33,865 nt of DNA, taken from assembly GCA_003990765.1 (NCBI GenBank), contig RBNJ01000295.1, positions 1-33,865 on the forward strand. The letters are read 5' to 3'. Made by a program: the position numbers and the translations under genes. Below, one piece after another: positions 23,104 through 33,865 of the stretch. The notes beneath the pieces are model-generated. The model was given only the letters and a program-made list of their open reading frames with translations, was not told the DNA's origin and did not search any database. This DNA is from Jimgerdemannia flammicorona (Eukaryota). Within the stretch, counting starts at the first letter, position 1. Each line of letters begins with the position of its first letter.

Positions 23104-24640
23104 CTATACTTATATTTAATCTTTTTACTACTCCTTTTTAATCTATTTAATAAAAATAAAAAATAAAAAAAATCAGAAATTAATATAATATTCTATCAAG
23201 TTTAATAAAATGAAGAGCTTTTTTAATTATTATATATAATATTTTAATAAAAATAGTTTTTTATTATTTTATAATAAATATTAAAACCAGTCATAATTTT
23301 GGTCTTAAATTAAAGCCAAATCATAAATTACTGATTATAATTTCAAAGTCAATAGAATATTAAATAAGATCAAAATTATAATTAACTTTAGTAAATTATT
23401 TATAATTATATTATTTAAAAAAAAAGACTCTTCATTTAAGTAAAGTAGATAATATTTACTATTTATATTTCTAATAATATTTTTTTTTTTTAATATAATC
23501 AATATAAAAGAGAAGAGATTTAAAAAATATAAAGATTTATATTAAATAAGTAAAAAAAAATAATCTTTATTAAAATATTTTATACAATAATAAAAAAAAA
23601 AACTCTTCATTTCATTAAACTTAATAAAATTTTCTATCAATTTCTGGTTTTTATTTTTATTTTATTAAATATATTAAAAAGAAGTAGCAAAAAGAAGTAA
23701 TAAAAAATTAAACATAAGTTTAGATATAATTATTAATTTATAACTTAGTGATTTTAGTATTATTCTGTAGTTAGTAAATTGGCTGAATTCTCTTTCAAGT
23801 GACCTTAACTCGATTACTAAAAGTAATCTTGAATCATATTCACCTTTGTCAAATTTCCCTTTAAGTAGTCTTAAATTGGATTCTTAAGATAGATTGATCC
23901 ACTTCTACTTTCTTTTACTTCCATTTGATCTATCTTGAGAAAGTAGAAAAAGAAGGTAGATTAGATAGAAGTGGATTAGATAGAAGTAGAGAAAGATGGA
24001 TCAGGTGAAATAGCTCCCCTTTGCCATCAATTATCAAAATTATTCTCCTTTGCTGAATTTCTCAAATTCTCCTTAAAGTGGCCTTAAATTAATTACTAAA
24101 AGTAGCCTTAAATTGTATTCTCAAGTAGAAGTGAAAAAGAACCTCAATTTTACTTGATCTACTCAATTGTATTCCTAAGATAAATCAATCCACCTCTATT
24201 TTCTCTCACTCCATCTCAAGAAAGTGGGGAGAGGTGGATCAGATGAAAGTGAATTGGGTAGAAGTGAGTTGGGTAGAAGTAAGTTAGGTAGAAGTAGATT
24301 GGATAGAAGTAGATCAGGTAGAAGTGGGTCAGGTGAAAGTAGGGGAAGGTGGATCAGATAGAATGACTCTCCTTTGTCTCAATTACTAAAATTATTCTCC
24401 TTTGCTGAATTCTCCAAATTTCCTTTAAATCAATTACTAAAAGTGGTCTTAAATCATATTCATCTTTGTCAAATTCCTCTTTAAGTAGTCTTAAATTGAT
24501 TATCAAAAGTAGTCTTAAATCATATTTATCTTTATCAAATTCTCCTTTAAGTAGTCTTAAATTAATTATTAAAAGTAGCCTTAAATCATATTTATCTTTA
24601 TCAAATTTCTCTTCAAGTGGTCTTAAATTGATTATTTACT
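23104..24640 (+). repeat. Left TIR (~1.5 kb)
   Basis: Reverse complement of ~28190-29677 (e.g. TCTTAAATTAAAGCCAAATCATAAATTA); contains ~63-bp and 15-bp (GGGTAGAAGTGAGTT) sub-repeats. Inner boundary approximate. Confidence 0.85.
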
Positions 24641-24785
24641 TCTACTTAATCTATATATCTCTACTTTCTTCTACTTTCACTCAATCTACTTTCATCTTCT
24701 TGATCTCTATTTATTGAATATATTTGATAAGATAGTATTATTTATATAATATATCTGGTAGCTAATTCTGTCTTGGCTAAATAAT

Positions 24786-26790
24786 CTAAGAGATACATCA
24801 ATGTGGATGATATTTTTTAATATCATTTTCTATATCTACTAATATAAGTCCTTTTTGATATATATTTATATATTTTTGTAAATAATATATATATTTTCTA
24901 ATTATAATAAGATCAATAGAGACTAAAGCTTTTGAAATATTTTACTTCAATCTAGTTCATATATAATTGCAATGAGTTCTAAATATTAATATTATTACTA
25001 AATTATAATTATAATTTAATAATATATATATTATATATCTATAATATTTTTTTACACTATTTCAAAAATATTTAATATAATTAAGTTTATAATAAAACTT
25101 AGAATAAAAAATATATTTATACCCTAAGTTTTCAATAACTTCTTGAAGAAGTGACTTCTGTACTTTAAAATCTTCTTAATAAGATAGAATTTGTATAATA
25201 CAATAATCTTCTTTTTTGCATTTTTTTTTACATTTTCTTTTTAAATCTTTTCTCTAAAGATTTCTTTCTTTAAGTACTTATTATAAGTTCTTTGTTTTAC
25301 TATACAGTTTAACAATTTTATATTTCTTTAGAAATATCATTTCTTGAGTAATATTGTTAAACTTTGTCATACTGTTTTCCACTAGATCCAAGATTTATCT
25401 TATAAGCAAATAAAGTATCTGATATATACATTGAATATTCTTAACTATGATCAAATACAAATACTGTCACATAGTTAGGATGAATAGTATTGAAAATTGA
25501 AATAGCATTTTTTTGAATCTAATTATATAATATTAATTTATATTATAAGTTTTTTTATTAATATATTATTAAATTAAATTATTATTATAAATATATATAT
25601 ATTTGATCTATTAGATAATTTTCAGTCTAATAACCTTTCTTAGCTTTTCTAATTTCAAGTAGACAATAAGCTTCTCTTAGAGGCTTTAGATTTTTCATAT
25701 CTTTATATTATTCTTTAGATATAGCCAACCTTCTAACAATATTCAGAAGAAAGTCACTAACTATTATACTAGTACCTCTACTTTTTTTTCTAAGTAAAAA
25801 TTGTCCTTTAGATCCCTATCTATAGTTTAGATCATTATTAGAATTAAAAGTAGTCTCATCATGTATTACTAGAATATATTATTGTCCAAGAAAAAAGTAT
25901 GTTATATATAATGATTGAAAATCTTCATCATATTGAACCATAAATAGTTTCTAGTCAGCTATCTGCTTTAAAAATTATTTATGAGATACTTTAACATTAT
26001 CTCTTTAATGACTATTAATATAAAGTCCTTTTCTGTGCCTACTATAAGTATAGCCCATCTTTAGCATCTATTTTTTTGCTGTATCTTTATGAATTTGTAT
26101 AGATTCTACTAATATTGAAAGAATCTCTTTTTCTAAATATTTTTTGAGAGACTTTGGAGTAGCAGTAAACTTATTATTTTCTAAATAAGTTTTAACTATA
26201 AGTTTAATATTTTTATCTTTAAGAAGACTTTTCTTCTTAGTATGTTTTCTTTGTTGAGAAATAGAAAGAGTTCTATTGTTAATCCAATTTTGTATTCATC
26301 TTCTTAAAAGCTTTACATAGTATAAGCCTTTATTGATATTTTCTACAATTAGATGACTAGCTTAAGAAGCACTCCTATTATTATTTCTAAATACCATATA
26401 TTGTAATATATGTATATATTTTAAAATAAAATTTAAAAATAGATTTCCTAAATTCTTCATATGAGTATCAAGTATAATAATATGAGATTTTCAACTATTA
26501 TTAGCTTTTTTATCTTTATCTTTATTATCTTCATTCTCATTATCTTTATCTTTATCATTATTATTTTCATTTTCTTCTCTTTCATTATCTTCTTCCTTAC
26601 TATTTTCATCTCCTTCCTCTTCTTCTTCTCTCTTATCATCATCATCTATATTATAATTATAATTATAATTATAATTAATATATTATAAAATCAATAATAT
26701 TTATATAATAATATTTATCTATAATATTTTCTTCAAGTTTACTTTTTTGTAAACTTTGTAAGTACTGAGTTTGTTTAAATAGTTTTGGTA
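24786..26790 (-). pseudogene. DDE transposase, intron-containing, heavily mutated
   Basis: Acidic N-terminus, then TAKK*MLKMGY..RKGLYINSH*RDNV, LVIHDETTF (D1, ~25846-25863), LRKKSRGTSIIVSDFL, IHPNYVTVFVFDHS (D2), SGKQ, VLKERNL, KCKKKCKKEDYC, FYSKFYYKLNYIKYF* (decayed YPKFHCELNxIExxW, E), RTHCNY, KKYHPH*CIS. Start position uncertain. Confidence 0.9.
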
Positions 26791-26839
26791 TTTTGTTATA
26801 ATTAAAAAAAAAAATATAAATTTAATAATTTAGTAAGAT

Positions 26840-27190
26840 CATCTAAAAAGATAATATGAGATGGATAATAGAAGATAGACAATAGGAGACAAGACAAGTA
26901 ATAGGAGATAAGATAGAAAATAGGTGATAATACAATAAGTAATAAGAGATAAGATAGAATAAGATAGACATAACCATTATCTATCTTGTTTCTTATTACC
27001 TATCTCATCTCCCATATCTGTCTTATCTTCTATCATCTATCTCATCTTCTATTATTCATCTCATCTCCTATCACCCATCTCTTATTGCTTATCTTATCTT
27101 CTATTACCTGTCTTGTCTTCTATTACTCATCTTGTCTTGTCTCCTATCATCCATTATATTTTCCATTATCTATCTCATCACTTATCTCAG
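26840..27190. repeat. Palindromic minisatellite: purine-rich ~19-bp units followed by inverted pyrimidine-rich copies
   Basis: AATAGGAGACAAGACAAGT-type units up to ~26970, then CTTGTCTTGTCTCCTATC-type units. Confidence 0.75.
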
Positions 27191-27317
27191 AAAAAAAAAT
27201 ATATATTATATATCTTGATTTTGTAAGATATCAAAGAAAGATTATTAATAATATTGACAGATAAATGATCTTATAGCTGAGTTAGAAATAAAATGTAGAT
27301 GTCATACTTGAATTATC

Positions 27318-28122
27318 TGGGTTTGAAGTACAGTTTGAAGTACAGTTTGAAGTGCAGTTTGAAGTGTAGTTTAAAGTGTAGTTTGAAGTATAGCTGTAGT
27401 TTGAAGTATAGTTTGAAGTGCAGTTTAAAGTATAGCTTGAAGTATGGCTTTAAGTAAGGCTTGAAGTGATAGCTTAAAGTATATAGCTTGAAGGAGAATT
27501 TGGCCACTTTTGGTAATTAATTTGGCAATGGTGAATACAATTTAAGGCTACTTTAGTAATTGATTTAAGGTTACTTAAAGAAATTTAGAAAAGATGAATA
27601 TGATTTAAGGCCATTTTTGATAATTGATTTAAGGCTACTTGAGGCAAAGGTGAATATGATTTAAGATTACTTTTGGTAATTGATTTAAGACTACTTGAAG
27701 GGTACTTCAAACTATACTTCAAACTATACTTTTCAAACTACACTTCAAACTATACTTCAAACTATACTTCAAACCACACTTCAAACCACACTTTAAACTA
27801 TACTTCTAAACTATACTTCAAACTATACTTCAAACTATACTTTCAAAACTATACTTATATAATTTTGACTCCTCTTTATCATTAATTACTAAAATTGTTC
27901 CCCTTTGCTAAATTTACAAAGGTGAAGAGAAATTTGGCAAAGGTGAACATGATTTAAGATCACTTTTGGTAATTAATTTAAGACTACTTAAAGGGTACTT
28001 CAAACTGTACTTCAAACTACACTTTTTAAATATACTTCAAACTATATTTCAAACTATACTTTAAACTATACTTTAAACTATACTTCAAACTATACTTCAA
28101 ACTGCACTTTCAAAACTATACT
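27318..28122. repeat. 12-bp tandem arrays in opposite orientation: (GTTTGAAGTATA)n at 27320-27490; (CTTCAAACTATA)n at 27704-27855 and 27998-28122
   Basis: Directly visible; interleaved with extra copies of the TIR sub-repeat. They explain the FKLY/NYTS pseudo-ORFs. Confidence 0.88.
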
Positions 28123-28189
28123 TACATATACAATTTTAACTCCTCTTTGCCATTAATTATTAAAATTGTTCTCCTTTGCCAAATTTGCA

Positions 28190-29677
28190 AAGACAAATAC
28201 AATTTAAGATCACTTTTAGTAATCAATTTAAGGCTACTTAAAGGGGAATTTGACAAAGATGATTTAAGGCCACTTTTGATAATTGATTTAAGGCCACTTG
28301 AAGGAGAATTTAGCAAAAGTGAATATAATTTAAGGCTACTTTTAGTAATCGATTTAAGGCCACTTAAAGGGGAATTTGACAAAAGTGAATATAATTTAAA
28401 GCCACTTGAAGGAGAATTTGGAGAATTTAGCAAAGGGAAATAATTCCACCTGATCCATCTTTCTGACTCACTTCCACTTAACTTACTTTCACCTGATCTA
28501 TCTTCCTAACCTACTTCTACCTAACTCCCACCTGATTCATCTTCTCCCACTTCCTTGAGATAGAGTGGGAGAAGGTAGAGGTAGATCAAGTAGAAGTAAG
28601 AGAAGATAGAGATAGATTGAGTAGATTAAGTAGAAGTGAGTAGATCAGGTCCACCTTCTTTACTTCTACTTAATCCATCTTAGAAATATGATTTAAGGCC
28701 ACTTTTGGTAATTGATTTAAGACCACTTGAAGGAAAATTTGGAGAATTTGATAAAGGGGAATAATTTTGATAATTAATGGTAAAGGGAAGCTATTCTACT
28801 TAATCTACCTTCTCCTACTTCCATCTGACCCACTTTTATCTGATCTATCTTTTTCTTCACTTTTTCAAGATAAATTAAGTAGAAGTGGAAGAAGATGGAG
28901 ATAGATTGATCTATCTTGGAAATATAATTTAAGGCTACTTTTGGTAATTAATTTAAGACTACTTAAAGAAAAATTTAATAAAGGTAAATACAATTTAAGG
29001 CCACTTTTGATAATTGATTTAAGGCCACTTAAAGGAGAATTCAGCTAATTCATTAGTTATAGAATAATGCCAAAATTACTAAGTTATAAATTAATAATTA
29101 TATCTAAACTTATGCTTAATTTTTTGTTACTCTTTTTTATTACTTCTTTTTAATATATTTAATAAAATAAAAATAAAAACTAAAAATTGATAGAAAATTC
29201 TATTGAGTTTAATAAAATGAAGAATTTATTATTATTATTATTATATAAAATATTTTAATAAAGATTATTTTTTTACTTATTTAATATAGATCTTTATATT
29301 TTTAAATCTCTTCTTCTTTATATTAATTATATTAAAAAAATATATTATTAGAAATATGAATAGTAAATATTATCTACTTTACTTAAATAAAGAGCTTTTT
29401 TTTAAAAAAATAATATGATTATAATATTTTACTAAAGTTAGTTATAATTTTAACCTTATTTAATATTCTATTAGGTTTGAAATTATAACTAATAATTTAT
29501 GATTTGGCTTTAATTTAAGACTGAAATTGTGACTGGTCTTAATATTTATAAAAAAAACTATTTTTATTAAAATATTATATGTAGTAATTAAAAAAGCTCA
29601 ATTTTTGATTTTTGATTTTTGATTTTTTTTTTAAATAAATTAAAAAGAAATAGCAAAAAGGTTGAATATAAGTACAG
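28190..29677 (-). repeat. Right TIR (~1.5 kb)
   Basis: Reverse complement of 23104-~24640. Inner boundary approximate. Confidence 0.85.
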
Positions 29678-30617
29678 TATAGCATACTGTACTAAAATGA
29701 ATATATCTCAGATACAGCCAGAGGTATCAGAAACTACAAAAAAGTAGAGAAAGTACTAATTTAATATCAATAAAGGAGTAACTCATTACTATTATCTCTC
29801 TTTTATTATCTTATAATAGGTACAGTAAATCAACTTAAGATAAAGAGAGTATAAGTTATGAAAAAGAAACTTAGAAAATTATCTACCAAACCTTATAATT
29901 AGTAAGGAGAGATATATAAAAATATTTACTTATTAATCATTAATATTATTAATAGATGATTATTATTATTATTAAAAACTAAAATTAATTTTTTATATAT
30001 TATATAAAAAAATTTAAAAATTTTATAATAAATAAAAAGATATATTAATTTATAAATTTATTTAATTATATAATATATAAAATATTATTATATTAATATT
30101 AAAATTATTATAGCTACTAATTTAATCCTTAAAGTAAAACTTATAGTTTTTTAGCTAAATATTATAACTACTATATATATTTTAAATAATCTAAAATATA
30201 ATAAATAGAACTTAGTTTATAATATAATATTACTTATTTCAATAATAATATTAAATTAAAATAAAATATTTACATATATTAAAGTTACTTAGTTATTTTA
30301 AATAATATAGTTACTCTTTAGTTTTATATTCTAATCTATTATAAATATTGTCACTTATATTTTAATATCTAAAAGTCTAAGACAATATTTATTTGTAGAT
30401 AAATAACTAAAGAACAGATATACATATATTGCTCCTTTTTTGTCTTTCGGGAGTTCTATTTCTGATTGGATTTTCTAAGTGTTGGCCACTGTAAAAGCAA
30501 CTCAAATTTTCTCTGACGTCACTAATTCAGCAAATGAAAAAAAAGTAGACCCACACTGATTGGACGCATCTGTTGAGCAGATTGATCGAAAGTGTTTGTT
30601 TGTCAGGCAGCCCACGG

Positions 30618-30993
30618 TTTCCTTCTCTTTCCGCCTGTAACTAGTCTATTATATCAAGGTACGCACGTGCGGACTATGCACCTGTTAGGGGAGAAGGAAC
30701 TTTTATGTTTTTTGAAGCGGGGAGGAGGAGGGGGAGGGGGAGGGAGGCTCGGAAGAGAGAATTGGCCGATTGCAATTATGGTGAATGCGCGGAATGGTGG
30801 GGAATGTGGACGTGTTGGAGTGAAAACATTAAGGTTCGAGCCTGACCTGCTGACCGTCAACAATCGCACACATACCGGCAATACATGGACACGCCTATAC
30901 CCCCACCACGAGCCTACCCAATCCCAATGGGATCTTCCCCCCCTAAACAATACCAATCCAACGAAAAATTACTGTTGCCCCTCTCCTATGCAG
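30618..30993 (+). promoter_or_regulatory. RPS19 non-coding first exon (pyrimidine-tract start, ends 30658) and 5' UTR intron 30659-30993
   Basis: TTTCCTTCTCTTTCC tract; donor AAG|GTACGC; acceptor TATGCAG|ATG directly before the start codon. Confidence 0.7.
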
Positions 30994-32104
30994 ATGGCTG
31001 GTGGTGTCACAGTCAAGGACGTTAACCCCCATGAATTCATCAAGGCCTACGCTGCCTACCTCAAGCGCACCGGCAAGATTGAGGTGCCCAAGTGGGTTGA
31101 CTTGGTCAAGACTGCTCCTTTCAAGGAGCTGGCCCCTTATGACCCTGACTGGTTCTACGTTCGCGCGGGTGAGTGGGAGAGTTAAGAGGAGTTGAGGGTC
31201 AAACTGTGAGCGCGGGAAAACGAAGGGGTGGGTGGGAGAGTTAAGATGAGTTGAGGGTCAAACTGTGAGCGCGGGAAAACGGATGGGTGAGTGTGAGAGT
31301 TAAGATGAGTTGAGGGTCAACTATGAACGGATGGGTGAGTGTGAGAGTTAAGATGAGTTGAGGGTCAACTATGAGCGCGGGAAAACGGAGGATGATGATG
31401 TCTGTGTGGTGGATGTGTGAGCTGGATTGGTTTGCGGAAATGGTGCCAAGGGGCCGTGTTGTGTAATGGAATTGGAGGCACGGCTGCCCGATGTTCTATG
31501 AATCTACAACAAAGCAAGCTAGCGCGGCGGCGACGTCGCTTCACGTCGTGCTATTTCCTCCCATATTTCTCGCCGAAATGCTCCGATCATCGTCGATTCA
31601 TTCTCCTCCCCCACCTCCTTCTGTCCTACCAGCGTCCGTCGCCCGCCACATCTATCTCCGACCCAGCGTCGGCGTCGGCGCCCTGAAGAGGCTGCACGGT
31701 GGCCGCAAGAACCGCGGTACCCGGCCCTCGCACCACGTCACCTCGTCCGGTTCCGTCGCCCGCAAGGTTCTTCAAGCTCTGGAGAAGATCAGGGTGCTGG
31801 AGAAGGATGCCAACGGGTAGGTTTTTTTGGAGGGGGAGTGGGGTGCTTGGAAGGGGGGGGGGGGGATGGGATACGTGCAAGGTGATGAGGGCGGAGCTTG
31901 GTTGGGATCGTGTTCAGGAACGTGAGAGATTGGGAAGGGGTTTCGCGATGCGATGAATATATGAGCTGATTGGATTTTTTTTCTACAATTCCTTGATCAC
32001 GCCTATAATTCTTGCGCATAACCAGTGGCCGCAAGATCACCCAGGACGGCCAGCGCGATCTCGACCGCATCGCTCAGAACATCGCCAAGGCTGTTGAAGC
32101 CTAA
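30994..32104 (+). CDS. RPS19: 40S ribosomal protein S19 (eS19), 145 aa; exons 30994-31168, 31633-31816, 32026-32104
   Basis: [113 protein letters not shown] introns in phase. Confidence 0.98.
31167..31390 (+). repeat. ~59-bp tandem repeat x4 at the start of the RPS19 intron, each unit beginning with the splice-donor sequence
   Basis: Units GGGTGAGTGKGAGAGTTAAGATGAGTTGAGGGTCAA(A)CTRTGAGCGCGGGAAAACG; unit 2 starts GGGTGGGT and unit 3 is shortened. Confidence 0.9.
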
Positions 32105-32140
32105 ACGAATTTTTCATGTCCCCATGCCCGTGTCCTACGT

Positions 32141-32204
<64 letters not shown>

Positions 32205-33384
32205 AATAAATTGAAATAAAAATCGACGTGCGTTCGGTCTACTGGCTTCGGTTGCGTATGGAATGTGTACGAGAGGTTGCGACGGAATATTACACCGCGG
32301 AGAATTTCGGCGGATTAACGGGATTGCGAAACACAACTGATTGTCATGTTCTCGGCGTCCTACCCCAAGTTTTACTCTCGCGACGAGACGACGTGCTCAC
32401 CTTCCGCAATCGTTATTGTTTACACATACCACGATCCACTACTCGGCCGTTCGGGATACTTGACATAGTAAACAAAAGACGCAGGGTCAACTGATCCTGC
32501 GAGCCCGAGGAACGAGAGACACAAGGGATTGTTGTTTGACTTTGGCCGGCGTTACGGTTTGATCGGGTGGGAAACAAACGTGGGTTGGTGGTGGAAGCTG
32601 ACACAAACAATGTTTGTTTTCTGTTTTACCTCCCCCCTCAAACACCATCCGTCCCGTTATGGCTGATTAATTTACGGCCGGACGGACCGGATGCGAGCGA
32701 GCGATCCCATCCCGTGGGGGGGGGGGGGGGGGGGGGGGGGGGTGGGTGTTAAGTGAGTGGTACCGGTTACAAAGAGTATGCAGGGTTTGAGGCATACGGG
32801 GAGGGCGGGGCCGCGTGTTGATAGTGGCGTAGTGAGGGGATATGGGATAGTATTAATACGGAAGGGGATAAATTGATGATCATGACTAAGACGGAACACA
32901 ATGGCTTTCACAGGGGAGGCTCCTATTAGGTCAATAAGCACACAATGACATAGGATTATTGGTTGGCGACGCTGTTGGCTGGAAAAGGGGAGGGCAAGAT
33001 GTTCCGACATTGTAAGCATGTAACCTTCCCAATGGCTGAGTGATGTCACAGTGGGAGGATGACCTGATATGGACGAGCTGGCCAAAGTTGGCCATATAAA
33101 CAAAATCCACAGAGAACCAACTGCTCGGACTGCTCCTTTGATCGCTGCTTGAACTCTTGCGTATGTTTTCCCTCCACCCCTCCAACCACCCCGTCTGAAC
33201 CCTGCAGTCGTCCTTTTGAACTCGGCAGCCGAGAGTTGCCCTTGCGTTGACGCCCTTTGAGTATTGACTCTGTTCCCTTTTGACCTTCCCTTTCCGCGCG
33301 TGCACCAATAGCGTCAACATCTCCGACATTCAAAAGGAGTCCGTGTCTTATTTTTTGACTTGACCGAGTTTTGGAAGCTTCGCC

Positions 33385-33865
33385 ATGGTACGTGTCTTCT
33401 CGTCCTTTCTACGCGTATTTTATTCCATTGTGCGAAATTCAAGCACCGGATTCCACCCCACACAGTCCACATTACAGTACATACCAATCTCATCCCCGCT
33501 CCGAGGCTCTCGCGTGTCAGTCGCAAGCCACCATATCCCTCTATCATACCGTCCCCCCACTTCCATTCCGCCCTCAAAGCTAACACCCTCCGCACTTCTT
33601 CCTCTTCTCCTTCACCCCCTTCAATTCCCGCCAGTCATCCATGGAGAACATCTCCCCAGCCGTCATCAAACGAGTCTCGCGCGAGTTGCAGGCCCTCCAC
33701 AATGAACAGCCGGAGGGCATCAAAATCATTATCAACGAGGATAACATTGCCGACGTTCAGGCATGGATTCTTGGTCCCGGTAAGTTGCTGAGGAGGGTCG
33801 TTGGGTCCCGGAGTAGAGGACATGGGAGCCGATGTCATTTTATTTTACTTTTTTTTTTTTTTTTT
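33385..33865 (+). CDS. UBE2S: Ubiquitin-conjugating enzyme E2 S-type, 5' part (exons 33385-33387 ATG only, 33635-33779; continues beyond the window)
   Basis: M|SSMENISPAVIKRVSRELQALHNEQPEGIKIIINEDNIADVQAWILGP followed by G|GTAAGT. The EN.P....EL..L....PEGI....N.....D.Q..I.GP pattern is typical of UBE2S. Branch point GCTAAC in intron 1. Confidence 0.85.

Larger units (their letters stand above)
23104..29677 (-). mobile_element. ~6.6 kb degenerate DNA transposon (IS630/Tc1/mariner-type DDE) with very long TIRs
   Basis: Ends TA|CTATACTTATATTTAATCTTTTT and AAAAAGGTTGAATATAAGTACAG|TA are reverse complements apart from transitions; inverted homology continues ~1.5 kb inward; central transposase relic. 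Confidence 0.88.

Noticed and set aside
23780..24640. Regularly spaced repeats suggestive of a CRISPR array
   Set aside because: Eukaryotic context, no unique spacers and no cas genes; they are TIR sub-repeats.
24466..28443. Periodic ORFs (SSLKLII, FKLY, NYTS, DLRPL) resembling LRR or pentapeptide proteins, and a hydrophobic Ile/Phe ORF at 26461-26688
   Set aside because: Translations of TIR sub-repeats, 12-mer arrays and the antisense of the transposase acidic tract.
29900..30420. Extremely AT-rich tract (also 21950-22190) resembling mitochondrial or centromeric DNA
   Set aside because: No organellar gene motifs; better explained as end-stage mutated repeat sequence.
30592..30993. Long N-terminal extension of RPS19 in the ORF track
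   Set aside because: Read-through of the 5' UTR intron; the conserved protein starts at ATG 30994.
31882..31969. C/D-box-like pair (GTGATGA...CTGA) in the last RPS19 intron
   Set aside because: Only a weak terminal stem and no recognisable rRNA-complementary guide; it may be chance or branch-point sequence.
32143..32203. Long homopolymers (poly-T here and at ~19982, ~21058 and the window end; poly-G at ~32716)
   Set aside because: They lie in introns, UTRs or intergenic DNA with no TSD or retrocopy body; lengths may be unreliable.

Overview
Eukaryotic, intron-containing fungal DNA. The RPS19 sequence and the G-rich/C-rich intron style suggest an early-diverging fungus such as Mucoromycota; this is an inference. 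About 80% of the window is decayed transposon sequence riddled with C>T/G>A changes. Positions 1-17055 are a nest of LTR retroelements: a CpG-intact LTR, then degenerate Ty3/Gypsy element A (355-8773), which sits inside the 5' LTR of Gypsy element B (8774-15136), which in turn interrupts a minus-strand Ty1/Copia relic (15137-~17055). Both Gypsy elements carry a Cys/His-rich insert and a dUTPase between protease and RT, and each has an extra ORF between integrase and the 3' LTR. Next come a spliced DUF6532-like pseudogene, an intact 3-exon conserved fungal gene (possibly SLX4IP-like), several MITEs, and a ~6.6 kb IS630/Tc1/mariner-type DNA transposon with ~1.5 kb nested-palindromic terminal inverted repeats. 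The window ends in a CpG-rich housekeeping island with RPS19 and the 5' part of a UBE2S-type E2 gene. All domain calls come from reading motifs by eye; no database search was run.
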